DNA of 64,000 nt from Coleofasciculus chthonoplastes F2-STO-03 (GCA_040222015.1 JAVJWO010000179.1:1-64000), one strand, 5' to 3'; positions 1 to 10,350 are shown, numbered from the stretch's first letter. Translations and numbers: made by a program. Notes: generated from the letters alone by a model not told the origin.

Positions 1-561
1 TTGGCAACCTAAATCTATTCCAATTGAACCTGTACCTGTTTGGCGAGTCGGATTGCACTGCACGGTAATTGACGCATACCACTTACCGTTTCTAAAAAAG
101 ATTGTGCAGGTTGTTGGAGTTCCCCAAGTCCTAGCTTGACCTCGCATTTGAATCTTAAAACCAAGGTCTCTCAGTTCCAAGTAACCATTTTTACCATTAG
201 ACAAAACTTTCCAACCTGCTTTGTCTGGATATGTCCAGCCACTATACCGCCGCTTGGCTTTGAACCTGGGATACTTACCCAATCCTTGAAAAAATCGTTT
301 ATAGCTAAAATCAACCCGCTTTAATGTAGCTTGTAACGTATGAGAACCTAATTCGGCATACTCAATCCAAACTTCCTTAAAATCAGGTAAACAATTCTGT
401 TGCTCAAAATAGTCAACAGAATGACCAAAGCGCTTGTACTGCGTCCTCCGGTTAGCAATTGCCGCGTTATAGAGTTCACAGTGCATTTTTCTAGCCCAAT
501 GAAGCTGGTCACATTGAGCCTTATTTGGATAAATTCTATAGGTTGCTCTACGTGTTTTCAT
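1..561 (-). CDS. tnpB: RNA-guided endonuclease TnpB (IS200/IS605 family), 5' part; runs off the window edge
   Basis: Manual translation from ATG at 561: MKTRRATYRIYPNKAQCDQLHWARKMHCELYNAAIANRRTQYKRFGHSVDYFEQQNCLPDFKEVWIEYAELGSHTLQATLKRVDFSYKRFFQGLGKYPRFK, a typical TnpB N-terminus. Not in the ORF track because it has no stop in the window. Confidence 0.85.
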   Translation of the reverse strand, partial: MKTRRATYRIYPNKAQCDQLHWARKMHCELYNAAIANRRTQYKRFGHSVDYFEQQNCLPDFKEVWIEYAELGSHTLQATLKRVDFSYKRFFQGLGKYPRFKAKRRYSGWTYPDKAGWKVLSNGKNGYLELRDLGFKIQMRGQARTWGTPTTCTIFFRNGKWYASITVQCNPTRQTGTGSIGIDLGCQ

Positions 562-620
562 GCCTATATTTTACCATAAAAATTTGACAAACTGCGGAAT
601 ATTTAATTCCTAGTTTGTCT

Positions 621-677
621 GCTATCCTTCCCCGACTTACTGTCGTTGAAGTCGGGGAATGCCGCAATTACGTTCAA
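621..677 (-). mobile_element. IS200/IS605-type left-end hairpin of the tnpB element
   Basis: Stem TCCCCGACTT/AAGTCGGGGA upstream of tnpB; homologous to 46914-46969. Confidence 0.7.
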
Positions 678-763
678 TCGTAGAGCAGAAAGCGCGATCG
701 CACTCTTAGGTCGAATGGCACTGAAAATTTGCATTAGGGAATCACCGAAACCTTTGATATACC

Positions 764-875
764 CTAGTGGCGTGGCACACCTTAATTGGTGGATTAGCAT
801 CTTCTGGGGCGCACGGCGTGCGCCCAGAAAATCGCCAAAATCTATTCCACAACTTTAGCTATGCCACGCCAGTAG
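764..875. mobile_element. MITE family A (TIR CTACTGGCGTGGCACAGCTAA-like) with internal palindrome
   Basis: Inverted ends; further copies at 2615-2760 and 4481-4605, partial end near 41354-41375. Confidence 0.75.
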
Positions 876-987
876 TGGGCATTGCCCACCAACATACCAG
901 TCAGTGGCATTCCTCCTAGGTCATCAAAAAACTTGACAAAGTGTTGCGTACTCTGAATGTTAAGTTTGGGAAAGAGCCTCAGCATTG

Positions 988-1322
988 GTGTCAACTTAAG
1001 CTTAAAACGAAAGCAATACCTTGATCTTACCCCACCCTAACCCTCCCCTATCAAGGCTATGCGTTATACGCATCTTTCTTAACAATCCTGAAAGCCTTGT
1101 TTCACAAGGCTTTCAAAGCCAATCAATCCTATGAGACTTGACAAATTCCCACAAACTTTTCTTGAGAAAAGCTCAACTTTATTGAGAATTGCCTATGTAG
1201 GAATGGGGGTTGGAGAGGGCGAGAGCGATCGCTCTCGCTAATCTTAAGAAAGATGTGGGTAATGCATAGCCTATCAAGGGGAGGGAACTCGAACGGCTTA
1301 CTTTTTTACCTTAAGTTGACAC
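988..1322. mobile_element. Nested MITEs: outer element (TIR GTGTCAACTTAAG) interrupted by a 217-bp inner MITE at 1055-1271
   Basis: Inner TIRs GGCTATGCGTTATACGCATCTTTCTTAA / TTAAGAAAGATGTGGGTAATGCATAGCC; direct repeat TATCAA at 1049-1054 and 1272-1277. Confidence 0.8.
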
Positions 1323-1355
1323 GGATGGAGCGTAAGTCTTCTTCTTCTTCTTATT

Positions 1356-2549
1356 TTAATCGTTTGACTTGGCTTTTTTTCGTCTTATTGAATGCTCTCG
1401 CTTGAATAAAGCTCCAAATCCTAAAGCGGTTGCTGAACCAAGAATAGTCAGAGGTTCTGGGACTGGCGTAGAGTCAGATACAGGTGTTAATAAGACCTGA
1501 CTGGGGATATTATTAATCCAGCCTAGTCCCGTAATTTGTCCAACATCATTTATATTATTGGCAGCAAAGAGTTTAAAGCCGGAGTCAGCAGGAAATAAAC
1601 TGTTGATGTCAATCATCACTCCGTTTTCCCAGAGAAAAGGTTTTTGTCCTAGGAAATCGTCGAAGTCATAGGCATTGCCTACAATTTGACCAGCATTGTT
1701 AATGTCCAAAGCTTCGCTTGTAGGAAGATCATCCAGTGTACCCAAATCCGTCATCGTACCATCTTGCCACAGGAAAGCGCGGTGGTTGAAAGAACCCCCA
1801 CCACTAAGGTTTACATAACCAACGACCTGTCCAGAGTCGTTAATAGCATTAGGTATACTAAAAGAACCGCCTAGTGTACCTAAATCTGTCATCACGCCAT
1901 TTTCCCAAAGGAAAGCGTGACCGTTCCCACCAGTAGTTGGTTGTGCATTGCCAACTATCTGACCCGAATTATTGATATCTCTAGCCAAGCTGGTGCTACC
2001 CCCTAAAGTACCAATATCCATCATCTCTCCGTTTTCCCACAAAAAGGCACGTTGTTCTCCGTGCTCATTCTCTGCCCAACCAACTACTTGACCACTATTG
2101 TTGATAGAAATTGCTGAACTAATTAAACCGCCCAACGTTCCCAAGTCAGTCATCACTCCGTTTTCCCAGAGAAAAGCATGAGAGGGATAAATTGCATAGG
2201 GGAAAAAACCTGGCGTGTTAATCTCGGAATGACCTACTATCTGCCCAGAGTCATTAATATCAAGTGCTTCGCTCCTTAAACCCTCAAGACTGCCAAGGTC
2301 AGTCATCACGCCGTTGTCCCACAAAAAGGCACGCCTGTCCTCATCAAAGAGGAGTCCACTCCTGCCAACAATTTGCCCAACATTATTAATGCTGATTGGG
2401 ACATGAGGATCATTCTCTCTACCAGAGAGTGTACCCAGGTCAGTCACCGTATACAGGGATGCCGCTTCAGCAGATTGGAAAGCAGTCAATCCTAACACTG
2501 TCGCCGTTGCTAGTCCCAATGTGCCAATTTTATGAGCGGTAGTTTGCAT
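1356..2549 (-). CDS. PEP-CTERM exported protein with HAF-type extracellular repeats
   Basis: Signal peptide; repeated HAFLWENGVMTDLGTLGG..A.DIN.SGQIVG units; C-terminal VPEP + TM + basic tail. Confidence 0.9.
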   Translation of the reverse strand: MQTTAHKIGTLGLATATVLGLTAFQSAEAASLYTVTDLGTLSGRENDPHVPISINNVGQIVGRSGLLFDEDRRAFLWDNGVMTDLGSLEGLRSEALDINDSGQIVGHSEINTPGFFPYAIYPSHAFLWENGVMTDLGTLGGLISSAISINNSGQVVGWAENEHGEQRAFLWENGEMMDIGTLGGSTSLARDINNSGQIVGNAQPTTGGNGHAFLWENGVMTDLGTLGGSFSIPNAINDSGQVVGYVNLSGGGSFNHRAFLWQDGTMTDLGTLDDLPTSEALDINNAGQIVGNAYDFDDFLGQKPFLWENGVMIDINSLFPADSGFKLFAANNINDVGQITGLGWINNIPSQVLLTPVSDSTPVPEPLTILGSATALGFGALFKREHSIRRKKAKSND

Positions 2550-2614
2550 TACTTTTTCTGAATAGTCTGAGTTTTGATTATTTTGTGAATTTTATCACAG
2601 CTTGGACGTCGGTG

Positions 2615-2760
2615 CTACTGGCGTGAAACAGCTAAAATTGTGGGATAGACTTTACGGTTTAATCGGGCGCACGTCGATGTAAATTGGGCGCACGTCGGTG
2701 CGCCCCTACGGTTTCTGGGCGTAAGCCTAAACTATCAAATTGGGCGTGACACGCCACGAA
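2615..2760. mobile_element. MITE family A copy
   Basis: CTACTGGCGTGAAACAGCTAAAA start, GGGCGCACGTCGGTGCGCCCCTAC core, ACACGCCAC end. Confidence 0.7.
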
Positions 2761-2920
2761 TCGTTGGGTTCTTGCGAAGTCGAAACCCAACCGACACTAA
2801 TAACGATAAAATCAAAAAACTCAGAATTGTTTCCATACTCCAGAATCCTGAGTTGTAGTCCAAACATCCAACACAGATTATACGAAAATAGAACTGTAGC
2901 CCATCCTTTCCCATCTAACC

Positions 2921-4309
2921 TTGAGTCAATCATCATCCCCTTCCCCTAAACCCACCCGCAATCGCCAAGACTACTATATTCACCGCGCTCGTGCCAGTTT
3001 GCGGCACACTTTATTCTGGTACAACAACCTGCATCATCGCCGTCCCCTTCCCGATGTGGAACTGCAAGCCGCCCTCCAGAATGAACTGGAGGTATTGCAG
3101 TTTAGCTTAGACAAACTTGACCAAGGCGTGATTCGCATTGCCACCTTTGGTTTAGTCAGTCGCGGTAAATCGGCTGTTGTCAATGCGTTGCTGGGTCAGA
3201 AAATCTTGCAAACGGGTCCTCTGCATGGGGTAACCCAGTGGCCCAAGTCAGTACGCTGGACGCCTGGTGGTGAGGGGAAAGTACAGGTTGAGTTAATTGA
3301 TACACCGGGATTAGATGAAGTTCAGGGAGAAGCACGGGCGCAGATGGCGCGACAGGTGGCGTCTGAGGCGGATTTAATTTTATTTGTCGTGGCTGGGGAT
3401 ATTACTCGCACGGAGTATCAGGCGTTGTCGGAACTGCGACAAGCCCAAAAGCCGCTGATTCTGGTATTTAACAAAATTGATTTGTATCCAGAACAGGATA
3501 GAGACGCGATTTACCAGCAACTGCAAGAACTGGGTACAGGCACTCCCCGCGATCGCCGCTTACAAAAGATGTTATCACCTGAGGAGATTGTTCGGGTAGC
3601 CGCAGAACCCTCTCCCATACAAGTGCGGGTGGAATTGCCTGATGGAACCGTCAGTTATGAATGGGAAACCCTACCGCCTCAGGTGGATGAGTTAAAGCAA
3701 GCCATTTTAAAGATACTCAATCGTGAAGGGCGATCGCTCTTGGCACTTAATGCCCTATTTCAAGCCCGAACTGCCCAAGTTAGCATTGCCCAGAAAACTG
3801 TGGCACAACGTAAAGCAGACGCCGAAGATTTAATCTGGCGTTTTGCTAAGTATAAAGCTTTGGCAGTGGCGCTGAATCCGATTGGTCTGTTGGATATCTT
3901 AGGGGGAACTGTAGCAGACTTGGCACTGATTCGTTCCTTATCGCGACTCTACGGTTTACCGATGACAAGTTATGAAGCGGGAAAGTTATGGCGCAAAATA
4001 TTAGTTAGTTCTGGGGGTTTACTGTTGGGTGAACTGGGAAGTAGTGCGCTGTTGGGAATGGGTAAAAGTGCTTCAGCCGTTGCCAGTATTGGTGGAGTCA
4101 CGGCTTTTGCTGGAACCGCCGTGACTCAAGCTGGAATTGCCGGGTATGGGGCGTATACGGTTGGTCATGCGGCGCAAGTGTATCTGGAACAAGGCTGCAC
4201 TTGGGGACCTTTAGGTGCGAGTACGGTGATTCAAGATATTCTTAATCAAGTTGAACCAGATATGATTCTCTATCGCCTGCGACAGGAATTGGGTCAACAT
4301 CTATCTTAA
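2921..4309 (+). CDS. Era-like GTP-binding protein with DUF697-type C-terminus
   Basis: G1 GLVSRGKS, G3 DTPG, G4 NKID; hydrophobic Gly/Ala-rich C-terminal region. Confidence 0.85.
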   Translation: MSQSSSPSPKPTRNRQDYYIHRARASLRHTLFWYNNLHHRRPLPDVELQAALQNELEVLQFSLDKLDQGVIRIATFGLVSRGKSAVVNALLGQKILQTGPLHGVTQWPKSVRWTPGGEGKVQVELIDTPGLDEVQGEARAQMARQVASEADLILFVVAGDITRTEYQALSELRQAQKPLILVFNKIDLYPEQDRDAIYQQLQELGTGTPRDRRLQKMLSPEEIVRVAAEPSPIQVRVELPDGTVSYEWETLPPQVDELKQAILKILNREGRSLLALNALFQARTAQVSIAQKTVAQRKADAEDLIWRFAKYKALAVALNPIGLLDILGGTVADLALIRSLSRLYGLPMTSYEAGKLWRKILVSSGGLLLGELGSSALLGMGKSASAVASIGGVTAFAGTAVTQAGIAGYGAYTVGHAAQVYLEQGCTWGPLGASTVIQDILNQVEPDMILYRLRQELGQHLS

Positions 4310-4480
4310 AGTAGGTGGGGATTGTCATTTGTCATTTGTAGGGGCGGGTTTAGCTGTTTAATTTTGCTATCTACCGATAACCTCTCAACAAAACCCGCCC
4401 TTCAGATTAAATTAAAATGGGATATTTAACAGTGCTGGGAATTTCAGCAGACATGATCGTGCTTTTTGAGAAGGCTTAGT

Positions 4481-4605
4481 CTACTGGCGTGGCACAGCTA
4501 AAATGGTGGAATAGATTTGACCATTGAATCGGGCGCAAGTCTTTGCGCCCCTACAGTTTTCGGGCGTAATTCTAATTCATCAAATAAGGTGTGCCACGCC
4601 ACTAC
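4481..4605. mobile_element. MITE family A copy
   Basis: CTACTGGCGTGGCACAGCTAAAA ... AAGGTGTGCCACGCCACTAC. Confidence 0.75.
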
Positions 4606-4632
4606 TACATTTCAGAAATTTAGCTGACAACA

Positions 4633-4869
4633 TTAGGGTGTGTTGGCTTCAGCGCGACTCTGCATGGTGTCTTGCAAGTGTTCACCTTTCTCACGCTGCT
4701 GGGCTGCTGATTCTCGGCTTCGTTCTTGAGTCGGGGTATCAGCCGAGGGCGCTTCGACTTCTGCTTCTGCACGGTTGAGCATGTTTTGTTTCAATTGTTC
4801 GTCGGCGAGACGTTCTTGAGTGGCAATTTTCCGTGCTTGGTCTTGGGTATTCATAATTTTATTCTCCAT
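4633..4869 (-). CDS. Small hydrophilic hypothetical protein
   Basis: 78-aa ORF with two similar halves (QDQARKIATQER...QNMLNRAEA / QERSRESAAQQR...DTMQSRAEA). Confidence 0.65.
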   Translation of the reverse strand: MENKIMNTQDQARKIATQERLADEQLKQNMLNRAEAEVEAPSADTPTQERSRESAAQQREKGEHLQDTMQSRAEANTP

Positions 4870-5037
4870 ATTCTTTACACTGCAATGGTTATCGGAGTTT
4901 TTTGCTTGTTCGGATCAAATCTACATATCATCCGACAAAAGCCTCCGAGCCTATTCTCTTTGGTAACAAGATTTTGGTGTCCAGATCGTCCCCCAAAAGG
5001 GAGAAATTAGGCTGATGATCTAGGGCTAAAGCCCCTA

Positions 5038-6438
5038 CTACAAACCACATTGTTCCAACTTAGCCGCCATAACTTCAGCATGACGCCACCAGTCGTAATA
5101 TCCTCCCACCCAGCGACGGGATGGTAGATGTCCGGCTGGAGATTTGAGATTAAACTGATAGGCTGTATCCGGAACGTTAGGATTGTGAACCGACCAACCC
5201 ACGCGATCGCAGAAACTGGGATAATCGGCTTCAACCTCTTGATAGATGCGGCTTTGCACCGTAAAGCCAAAATGGTGTTTACTGTATTTCATCCATAGCT
5301 GATCCAAAGTCCGCAAGTCTTCACAGGGTAACTCTTGAATATCACTCAACTTCAGATAATAACCGGGGAATTTGCCACAGGCTTGACCCAATATTATCCA
5401 GGTTTCTTCATCTGCTTTTTGCCATTTATGGGGAACCAAAAGTTGCTTTAGTCGCTGATAGTCAATTCCCACTTCTGAGGCGAGACGATTTCGTTTAGTT
5501 TTGCGGGTTTTGGGTTGCCGAAAGTTGATAAAATGAGTGCCTACGGGAGGAGATATAGCAGGGGTCAAATCCGTGATCACCTCATCAGCCGATTGATAGC
5601 GTTGTTTGAGACTAGAATGAGTCAACTGATCCAGGATTTTGCCTAGGCGATCGCTAATCTGGGTTCCAGGGGGTAAAAAATCTCGCCACACCCAGGTTTC
5701 GTTGAATGTATCATACAGGTCAAAGGGAGATACCTGAGTCATTAGATAAAGGCAGGTTACTCCCACACTATACAGGTCACTTGCCCAAAATGCTTTACCT
5801 TTAAGTTGTTCGGGAGCCATATATTCCGGGCTACCAATAATTGTACCCGTTTGCAGCAAGGCGGTATCCGTCAGCAATTTAGCAACACCAAAATCAATTA
5901 ACACTAATTTCCCATCATCTTGGCGGCGGATAATATTGGCAGGTTTGATATCTCGATGGAGTACACGATGGGCATGAATATAGCGAATCAAGGGTAATAG
6001 TTCACGCAATAATTCCCAAATTTGCTCTTCGTTGTACTGTCCCTGCTGGGTTAACTCCTCGCTCAAGGTTAGCCCCGGAATAAAGTCTTGAATTAAATAA
6101 AGTTGTTGATTCTGCTCAAAATGTGCCAGAAGGGTGGGAATTTGCGAATGGTTACCCAATTCATCTAAACGGATGGCTTCTTGGTGAAACAGTTCTTTTG
6201 CCTTTGGTAAGGTTTCTGGCTCGGAGTTTTCCAGATAAAGTTGTTTGATTACACAATAGGGTTGACTGTGAATATCTTCGTCAACTGCCAAAAATGTTCT
6301 GCCGAATCCACCGCTACCGAGGGGGCGTAGAGGGCGATAGCGTTCTTTTAGCTGTAGCCTTTCCCCACAGGTTTGACAAAAGTGAGCGGAATCGATATTT
6401 TCCGGTGTCAGGCATCCCGGTTTAATACAATAAGTCAT
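5038..6438 (-). CDS. Ser/Thr protein kinase with N-terminal C4 zinc ribbon and C-terminal GUN4-like domain
   Basis: GSGGFG, HRDIKPAN, DFG, YMAPEQ; C-terminal WQKADEET...LPCEDLRTLDQLW...FGFTVQ...GHLP. Confidence 0.92.
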   Translation of the reverse strand: MTYCIKPGCLTPENIDSAHFCQTCGERLQLKERYRPLRPLGSGGFGRTFLAVDEDIHSQPYCVIKQLYLENSEPETLPKAKELFHQEAIRLDELGNHSQIPTLLAHFEQNQQLYLIQDFIPGLTLSEELTQQGQYNEEQIWELLRELLPLIRYIHAHRVLHRDIKPANIIRRQDDGKLVLIDFGVAKLLTDTALLQTGTIIGSPEYMAPEQLKGKAFWASDLYSVGVTCLYLMTQVSPFDLYDTFNETWVWRDFLPPGTQISDRLGKILDQLTHSSLKQRYQSADEVITDLTPAISPPVGTHFINFRQPKTRKTKRNRLASEVGIDYQRLKQLLVPHKWQKADEETWIILGQACGKFPGYYLKLSDIQELPCEDLRTLDQLWMKYSKHHFGFTVQSRIYQEVEADYPSFCDRVGWSVHNPNVPDTAYQFNLKSPAGHLPSRRWVGGYYDWWRHAEVMAAKLEQCGL

Positions 6439-6537
6439 ACTCTCCCCCGTCTTGTCTATCTTCCCCTTCTCGCCTTCAACCTACTCCTGTGAGGAAACTG
6501 GCGCTAAAGCGCAACTACAAACTCCTATCAATCATTA

Positions 6538-7503
6538 TTAGGAGACAATTTGAATCCCATGACTGGCAAACTTTGTCACCCAAAACCCTAAATTTGGATC
6601 AGGGATTTCTGACTGGACGTGTTGTAAAAGCGCTTGGGCTTGTTCCTGAGACTGACAAAGAGCGAATACTGTCGGACCCGAACCGGACATCATTGTGCCT
6701 AATGCACCGCAATTTTCAAAGGCTTGCCGCAGTTGCAAGACTTGGGGATAGTTAGGGAGTACAACTTGCTCCAAATCGTTGTATAGCAGTTGACCAATTT
6801 TGGCGACATTTTTATTTAAAATTGCTTGAACCATTGAACCCGAATGGACACGAGTGGGGGGATTTATCATTTCAGTTGTTATCGATTTATCTACTCCCTC
6901 AGAACGCCCATAAGTATTGCTAAACTGAGACCGATAGCTTTGATACGCCCAAGCGGTAGAAACGGCTAAATTTTGATGTTTAGCTAACACCACATAGAAC
7001 GAATCCAGACTGGGTAAGGGATCAAGTTCTTCGCCTCGCCCCGTTGCGATCGCGGTTCCCCCTGCTAGACAAAAGGGTACATCTGAACCGAGTTTCGCGG
7101 CTAACTCTTGTAATTCCGGCTGCGTGAGTCCCAGTTGCCAAAGCATATCTAATCCTACCAACACGGCGGCGGCATTGGTTGATCCTCCAGCTAATCCAGC
7201 CGCGACGGGAATATTCTTTTGGATGGAGATTTCCACACCGCCAAACTGCGCCCAGCAATCGGGAAACTCTTGACTCATCAATTCCACCGCCCGATAAGCC
7301 AGATTGGTTTTATCCAGGGGAACTTGCGGATGATCACAGTGAACTTGAATGGTTTGCGTACCAATCGCTCGGATGTTCACCTGATCAGCGAGTTCAATGC
7401 TTTGCAGGATCATTGCCAGTTCATGATACCCATCGGCGCGATCGCCTAGTATTTCTAGATACAGATTAATTTTGGCAGGGGCGATTAGGGAATAGGAACG
7501 CAT
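6538..7503 (-). CDS. ispE: 4-diphosphocytidyl-2-C-methyl-D-erythritol kinase
   Basis: [31 protein letters not shown] motifs. Confidence 0.97.
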   Translation of the reverse strand: MRSYSLIAPAKINLYLEILGDRADGYHELAMILQSIELADQVNIRAIGTQTIQVHCDHPQVPLDKTNLAYRAVELMSQEFPDCWAQFGGVEISIQKNIPVAAGLAGGSTNAAAVLVGLDMLWQLGLTQPELQELAAKLGSDVPFCLAGGTAIATGRGEELDPLPSLDSFYVVLAKHQNLAVSTAWAYQSYRSQFSNTYGRSEGVDKSITTEMINPPTRVHSGSMVQAILNKNVAKIGQLLYNDLEQVVLPNYPQVLQLRQAFENCGALGTMMSGSGPTVFALCQSQEQAQALLQHVQSEIPDPNLGFWVTKFASHGIQIVS

Positions 7504-7627
7504 GGGAATGATGAGTTATAAATTATGAATTATGAATTATAAATTACATCGAATAGGTTACTCGTGCAGCTTTGTGGACATAATCTATCAGTCAATTCCC
7601 TGCTCCCAGACGTGCCATGGCACGTCT

Positions 7628-8488
7628 CTACATTGCTTCCTCTGCTTCCACAGCTTCCCTTGCTTCCCCTGCTGTCTCATTTAAGCGATTGGCAAGAGTA
7701 ACCCATTGGCTAACGCTCAAGTCTTCAGCACGGGCTTGGGGATGACTCTCTACTTGTTCGAGTAATTGGTTAATTGTATCGCGATCGCACAGGGATTTGA
7801 GGTTATTTCGCAACATTTTCCGCTTACTGGCAAAACCCAGCTTGACTAAGGTTTCTAGCTGTTGGGGGTTATCGGCTGAGGGGTCTACAATTCGGGGACG
7901 CAAGCGGACAACAGCAGAGTCAACTTTTGGCGGTGGGGAAAAGGCAATGGCTGGGACATCACAGATCCAGTCACAGTCTGCCAGATATTGTACCCGCACC
8001 GATAATGCACCAAATGCCTTAGAACCTGGTTTGGCACATAATCGTTGTGCCACTTCTTTTTGCACCAAGAGTACAATTAACTCAAAAGCGGGATCAATGG
8101 GTTGGGCGATGGTTCCCAACAGCGTTTGCAAAATTGGTCCAGTAATGTTGTAGGGGATATTAGCAACGACTTTATTCGGAGACTGGAAATGAGGAAAGGC
8201 GGCGAGATGTTCGGCTAAGTTCAGGGATAGAATGTCACCTTGTAAGAGTAAAAAATTCTCGTTTTGACCTAAACTTTTGACCAAACGTTGGCACAAATCC
8301 CGGTCAATCTCAACCGCCACCACTGACTCTACCTCCGCTAAGAGTCGCCGCGTCAGCACACCCGTTCCCGGACCAATCTCCAGCAGGCGATCGCGTGGCT
8401 GCAACTTCGCGGCTGTCACAATTTGATTGAGGGCTTTTTCACTACGCAACCAATGTTGAGCGAATTGTTTCCGGGCTTTGGGTTTCAT
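7628..8488 (-). CDS. rsmA: 16S rRNA adenine dimethyltransferase
   Basis: KQFAQHWL, EIGPGTG, VANIPYNIT, FSPPPKVDS. Confidence 0.97.
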   Translation of the reverse strand: MKPKARKQFAQHWLRSEKALNQIVTAAKLQPRDRLLEIGPGTGVLTRRLLAEVESVVAVEIDRDLCQRLVKSLGQNENFLLLQGDILSLNLAEHLAAFPHFQSPNKVVANIPYNITGPILQTLLGTIAQPIDPAFELIVLLVQKEVAQRLCAKPGSKAFGALSVRVQYLADCDWICDVPAIAFSPPPKVDSAVVRLRPRIVDPSADNPQQLETLVKLGFASKRKMLRNNLKSLCDRDTINQLLEQVESHPQARAEDLSVSQWVTLANRLNETAGEAREAVEAEEAM

Positions 8489-8538
8489 TACTCAATTATC
8501 TTCTGATTTATTACTTATTACTCGTGAATTAGGGCGGG

Positions 8539-8622
8539 ATCGTAGGCAATAATCATCAGTTGCAAGGACTCCTGAATATCCGATAGTTTGGTTGAGCAAA
8601 ACTCTTCTTGCAACACTGGAAT
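8539..8622 (-). pseudogene. 84-bp fragment of the patatin gene
   Basis: 74/84 identical to 11146-11229 by manual alignment. Confidence 0.85.
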
Positions 8623-8649
8623 ACCGCAAGTGACGCCGCTTGAGAGAGT

Positions 8650-9567
8650 TCATGATTGAATTGGATCATCGACAACCTTAGTCCCGGATATCTTATCGTG
8701 CCAACCGCGTGGGTGCTTAGAGCTAAGAAATGAGAAGGTTTCAAAGGGAATAAACCGAGCGGCTGTTCTGCCAATAATTTGTCCAAAACTGGGTTTTTCA
8801 TTTCGGTTATTTACGACTTTGGTTTTGGTAATAAATTTGGCAGGGCTTTTACTCCAAATGGATTCTGAGATACTGTAATAGATAAATGTTATTAAATAAC
8901 CTATTAGATTTTTGAATGGCTCAATTTCCACTAAGAACTCCTCGGTTTCCACTCTTGCCGATCTTAATAGCTGTATTTTGGCGATCAAATAACCAACAAT
9001 CATGCTAGCCAACATATAGAATAGCATATCAAAAATATAATTGCGAAACCTTTTTTTTCGGCTGGCAAGCTTGAAAACAGGTTTAGGTTCTGGTGCCCAA
9101 TCAGATTGTAAATTGTTGGATTGATTGTCAGTGGTTTGGGCGGTTTTAGAGATAGAAGCTATATGTTGATTTGTTTTTGCTTTATCATTATCATTCGTAT
9201 ATGAACGTGAATTTTGAGAGATCTGCGTAAATGAACTCGTCGATGCATCAGTTTTTCTGTCATTTGATTCAATCGAGTTAGCTAAATCAATATCCTGACT
9301 CCAATCGGGAATCTCTTCACCAGTTTGACGTCCATAAATCTGAACTCGCTCAATTGATTCTACACCCAAATTAATCAATCCTTTGCAAATTCTTTGAGTT
9401 AAACCTATAGGTGGCATCTGAGCCGATTCCAGAATGACTTGTAAGTTATTATTTTCTCGACCTACTTTGGCTGTCACACCTTGGCGCTGGAGAGAACCAT
9501 TGAGCAAAACAGCAATAGCTTCAGGATCGCCTTGTTTAGCCAGTTTTTTTATTTTTGCAGGATTCAT
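8650..9567 (-). CDS. RDD family membrane protein with cyanobacterial N-terminal domain
   Basis: KRFRNYIFD...KSPAKFITKTKVV...GWHDKISGTKVV (RDD); N-terminal LAKQGDPEAIA domain. Confidence 0.85.
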   Translation of the reverse strand: MNPAKIKKLAKQGDPEAIAVLLNGSLQRQGVTAKVGRENNNLQVILESAQMPPIGLTQRICKGLINLGVESIERVQIYGRQTGEEIPDWSQDIDLANSIESNDRKTDASTSSFTQISQNSRSYTNDNDKAKTNQHIASISKTAQTTDNQSNNLQSDWAPEPKPVFKLASRKKRFRNYIFDMLFYMLASMIVGYLIAKIQLLRSARVETEEFLVEIEPFKNLIGYLITFIYYSISESIWSKSPAKFITKTKVVNNRNEKPSFGQIIGRTAARFIPFETFSFLSSKHPRGWHDKISGTKVVDDPIQS

Positions 9568-9777
9568 GAGAGATTAACCTTTGACGAAAGGGTGATGAAT
9601 AATACCAATTGGGTTTAGGTTTGACAACATCACCGATATGCGTGGATTATTACCCTTATTATCTAGTGTGGAAACCCCGATGCTCCGCCCAGATCATAAA
9701 ATTTTTGTAAAATTTGAGAAAACTTAACCCAAAGGCGATCGCAACAGGTGAGATGAGAATAGTGCCAACCCCCTATC

Positions 9778-10212
9778 CTAATTGCTGTACCGTTGACGCC
9801 GAAATTCAATCACGTTTTTCTTGACGGTAACATCATAACCCTCAAAAAAGTCCTGTCCCAGCAATCCAATGGTTTGAGCCGGAGGCGCAACCGATACCAC
9901 CACATCCGTTTTTACCCGACTATTGATTTTCTGAGAGTCCACTAAAGCCACAGGTAGCGTAACCACTGAACCATCGGCAATTGTGGCTAAATCCATACCG
10001 ACAACGGGTAAGTTTAATGCGGTAGCCATTGACTCAGTAATCAGAGTTTGACTCGCCCCCGTATCCAGCATCATGTTAAACCGATGCTGGTCATCGAATG
10101 TTACTTCAATGACGGGAATTCCTCCGAAGTCTGGGCTAGAGGTAGGTACAGCCTTTAATAACCGAATCGCTTCTTGCCAACGGCTTGTCGCTAATTCCCA
10201 ATCCTCGCGCAC
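9778..10212 (-). pseudogene. Retropepsin-like aspartic protease, apparently 5'-truncated with an internal deletion
   Basis: MMLDTGAS and GLLGQDFF motifs; the helical piece DWELATSRWQEAIRLLKAVPTSSP joins directly to GGIPVIEV; no convincing start. Confidence 0.6.
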
Positions 10213-10252
10213 AAATGCTCGTCGCCCTATCTCTTTCCCCTATTGCCTATGA

Positions 10253-10276
10253 AACACCGAGCGAAGCCGAGGTGTT
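10253..10276. repeat. 24-bp small dispersed repeat (SDR-like palindrome)
   Basis: AACACCGAGCGAAGCCGAGGTGTT; 23/24 identical to the reverse complement of 46511-46534. Confidence 0.8.
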
Positions 10277-10295
10277 GCCCATTGCCCATTGCCTT

Positions 10296-10350
10296 TTTGA
10301 GGTTATTTCACAACATTTTCCGCTTACTGGCAAAACCCAGCTTGACTAAG
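10296..10350 (-). pseudogene. 55-bp fragment of rsmA
   Basis: 54/55 identical to 7796-7850. Confidence 0.9.
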
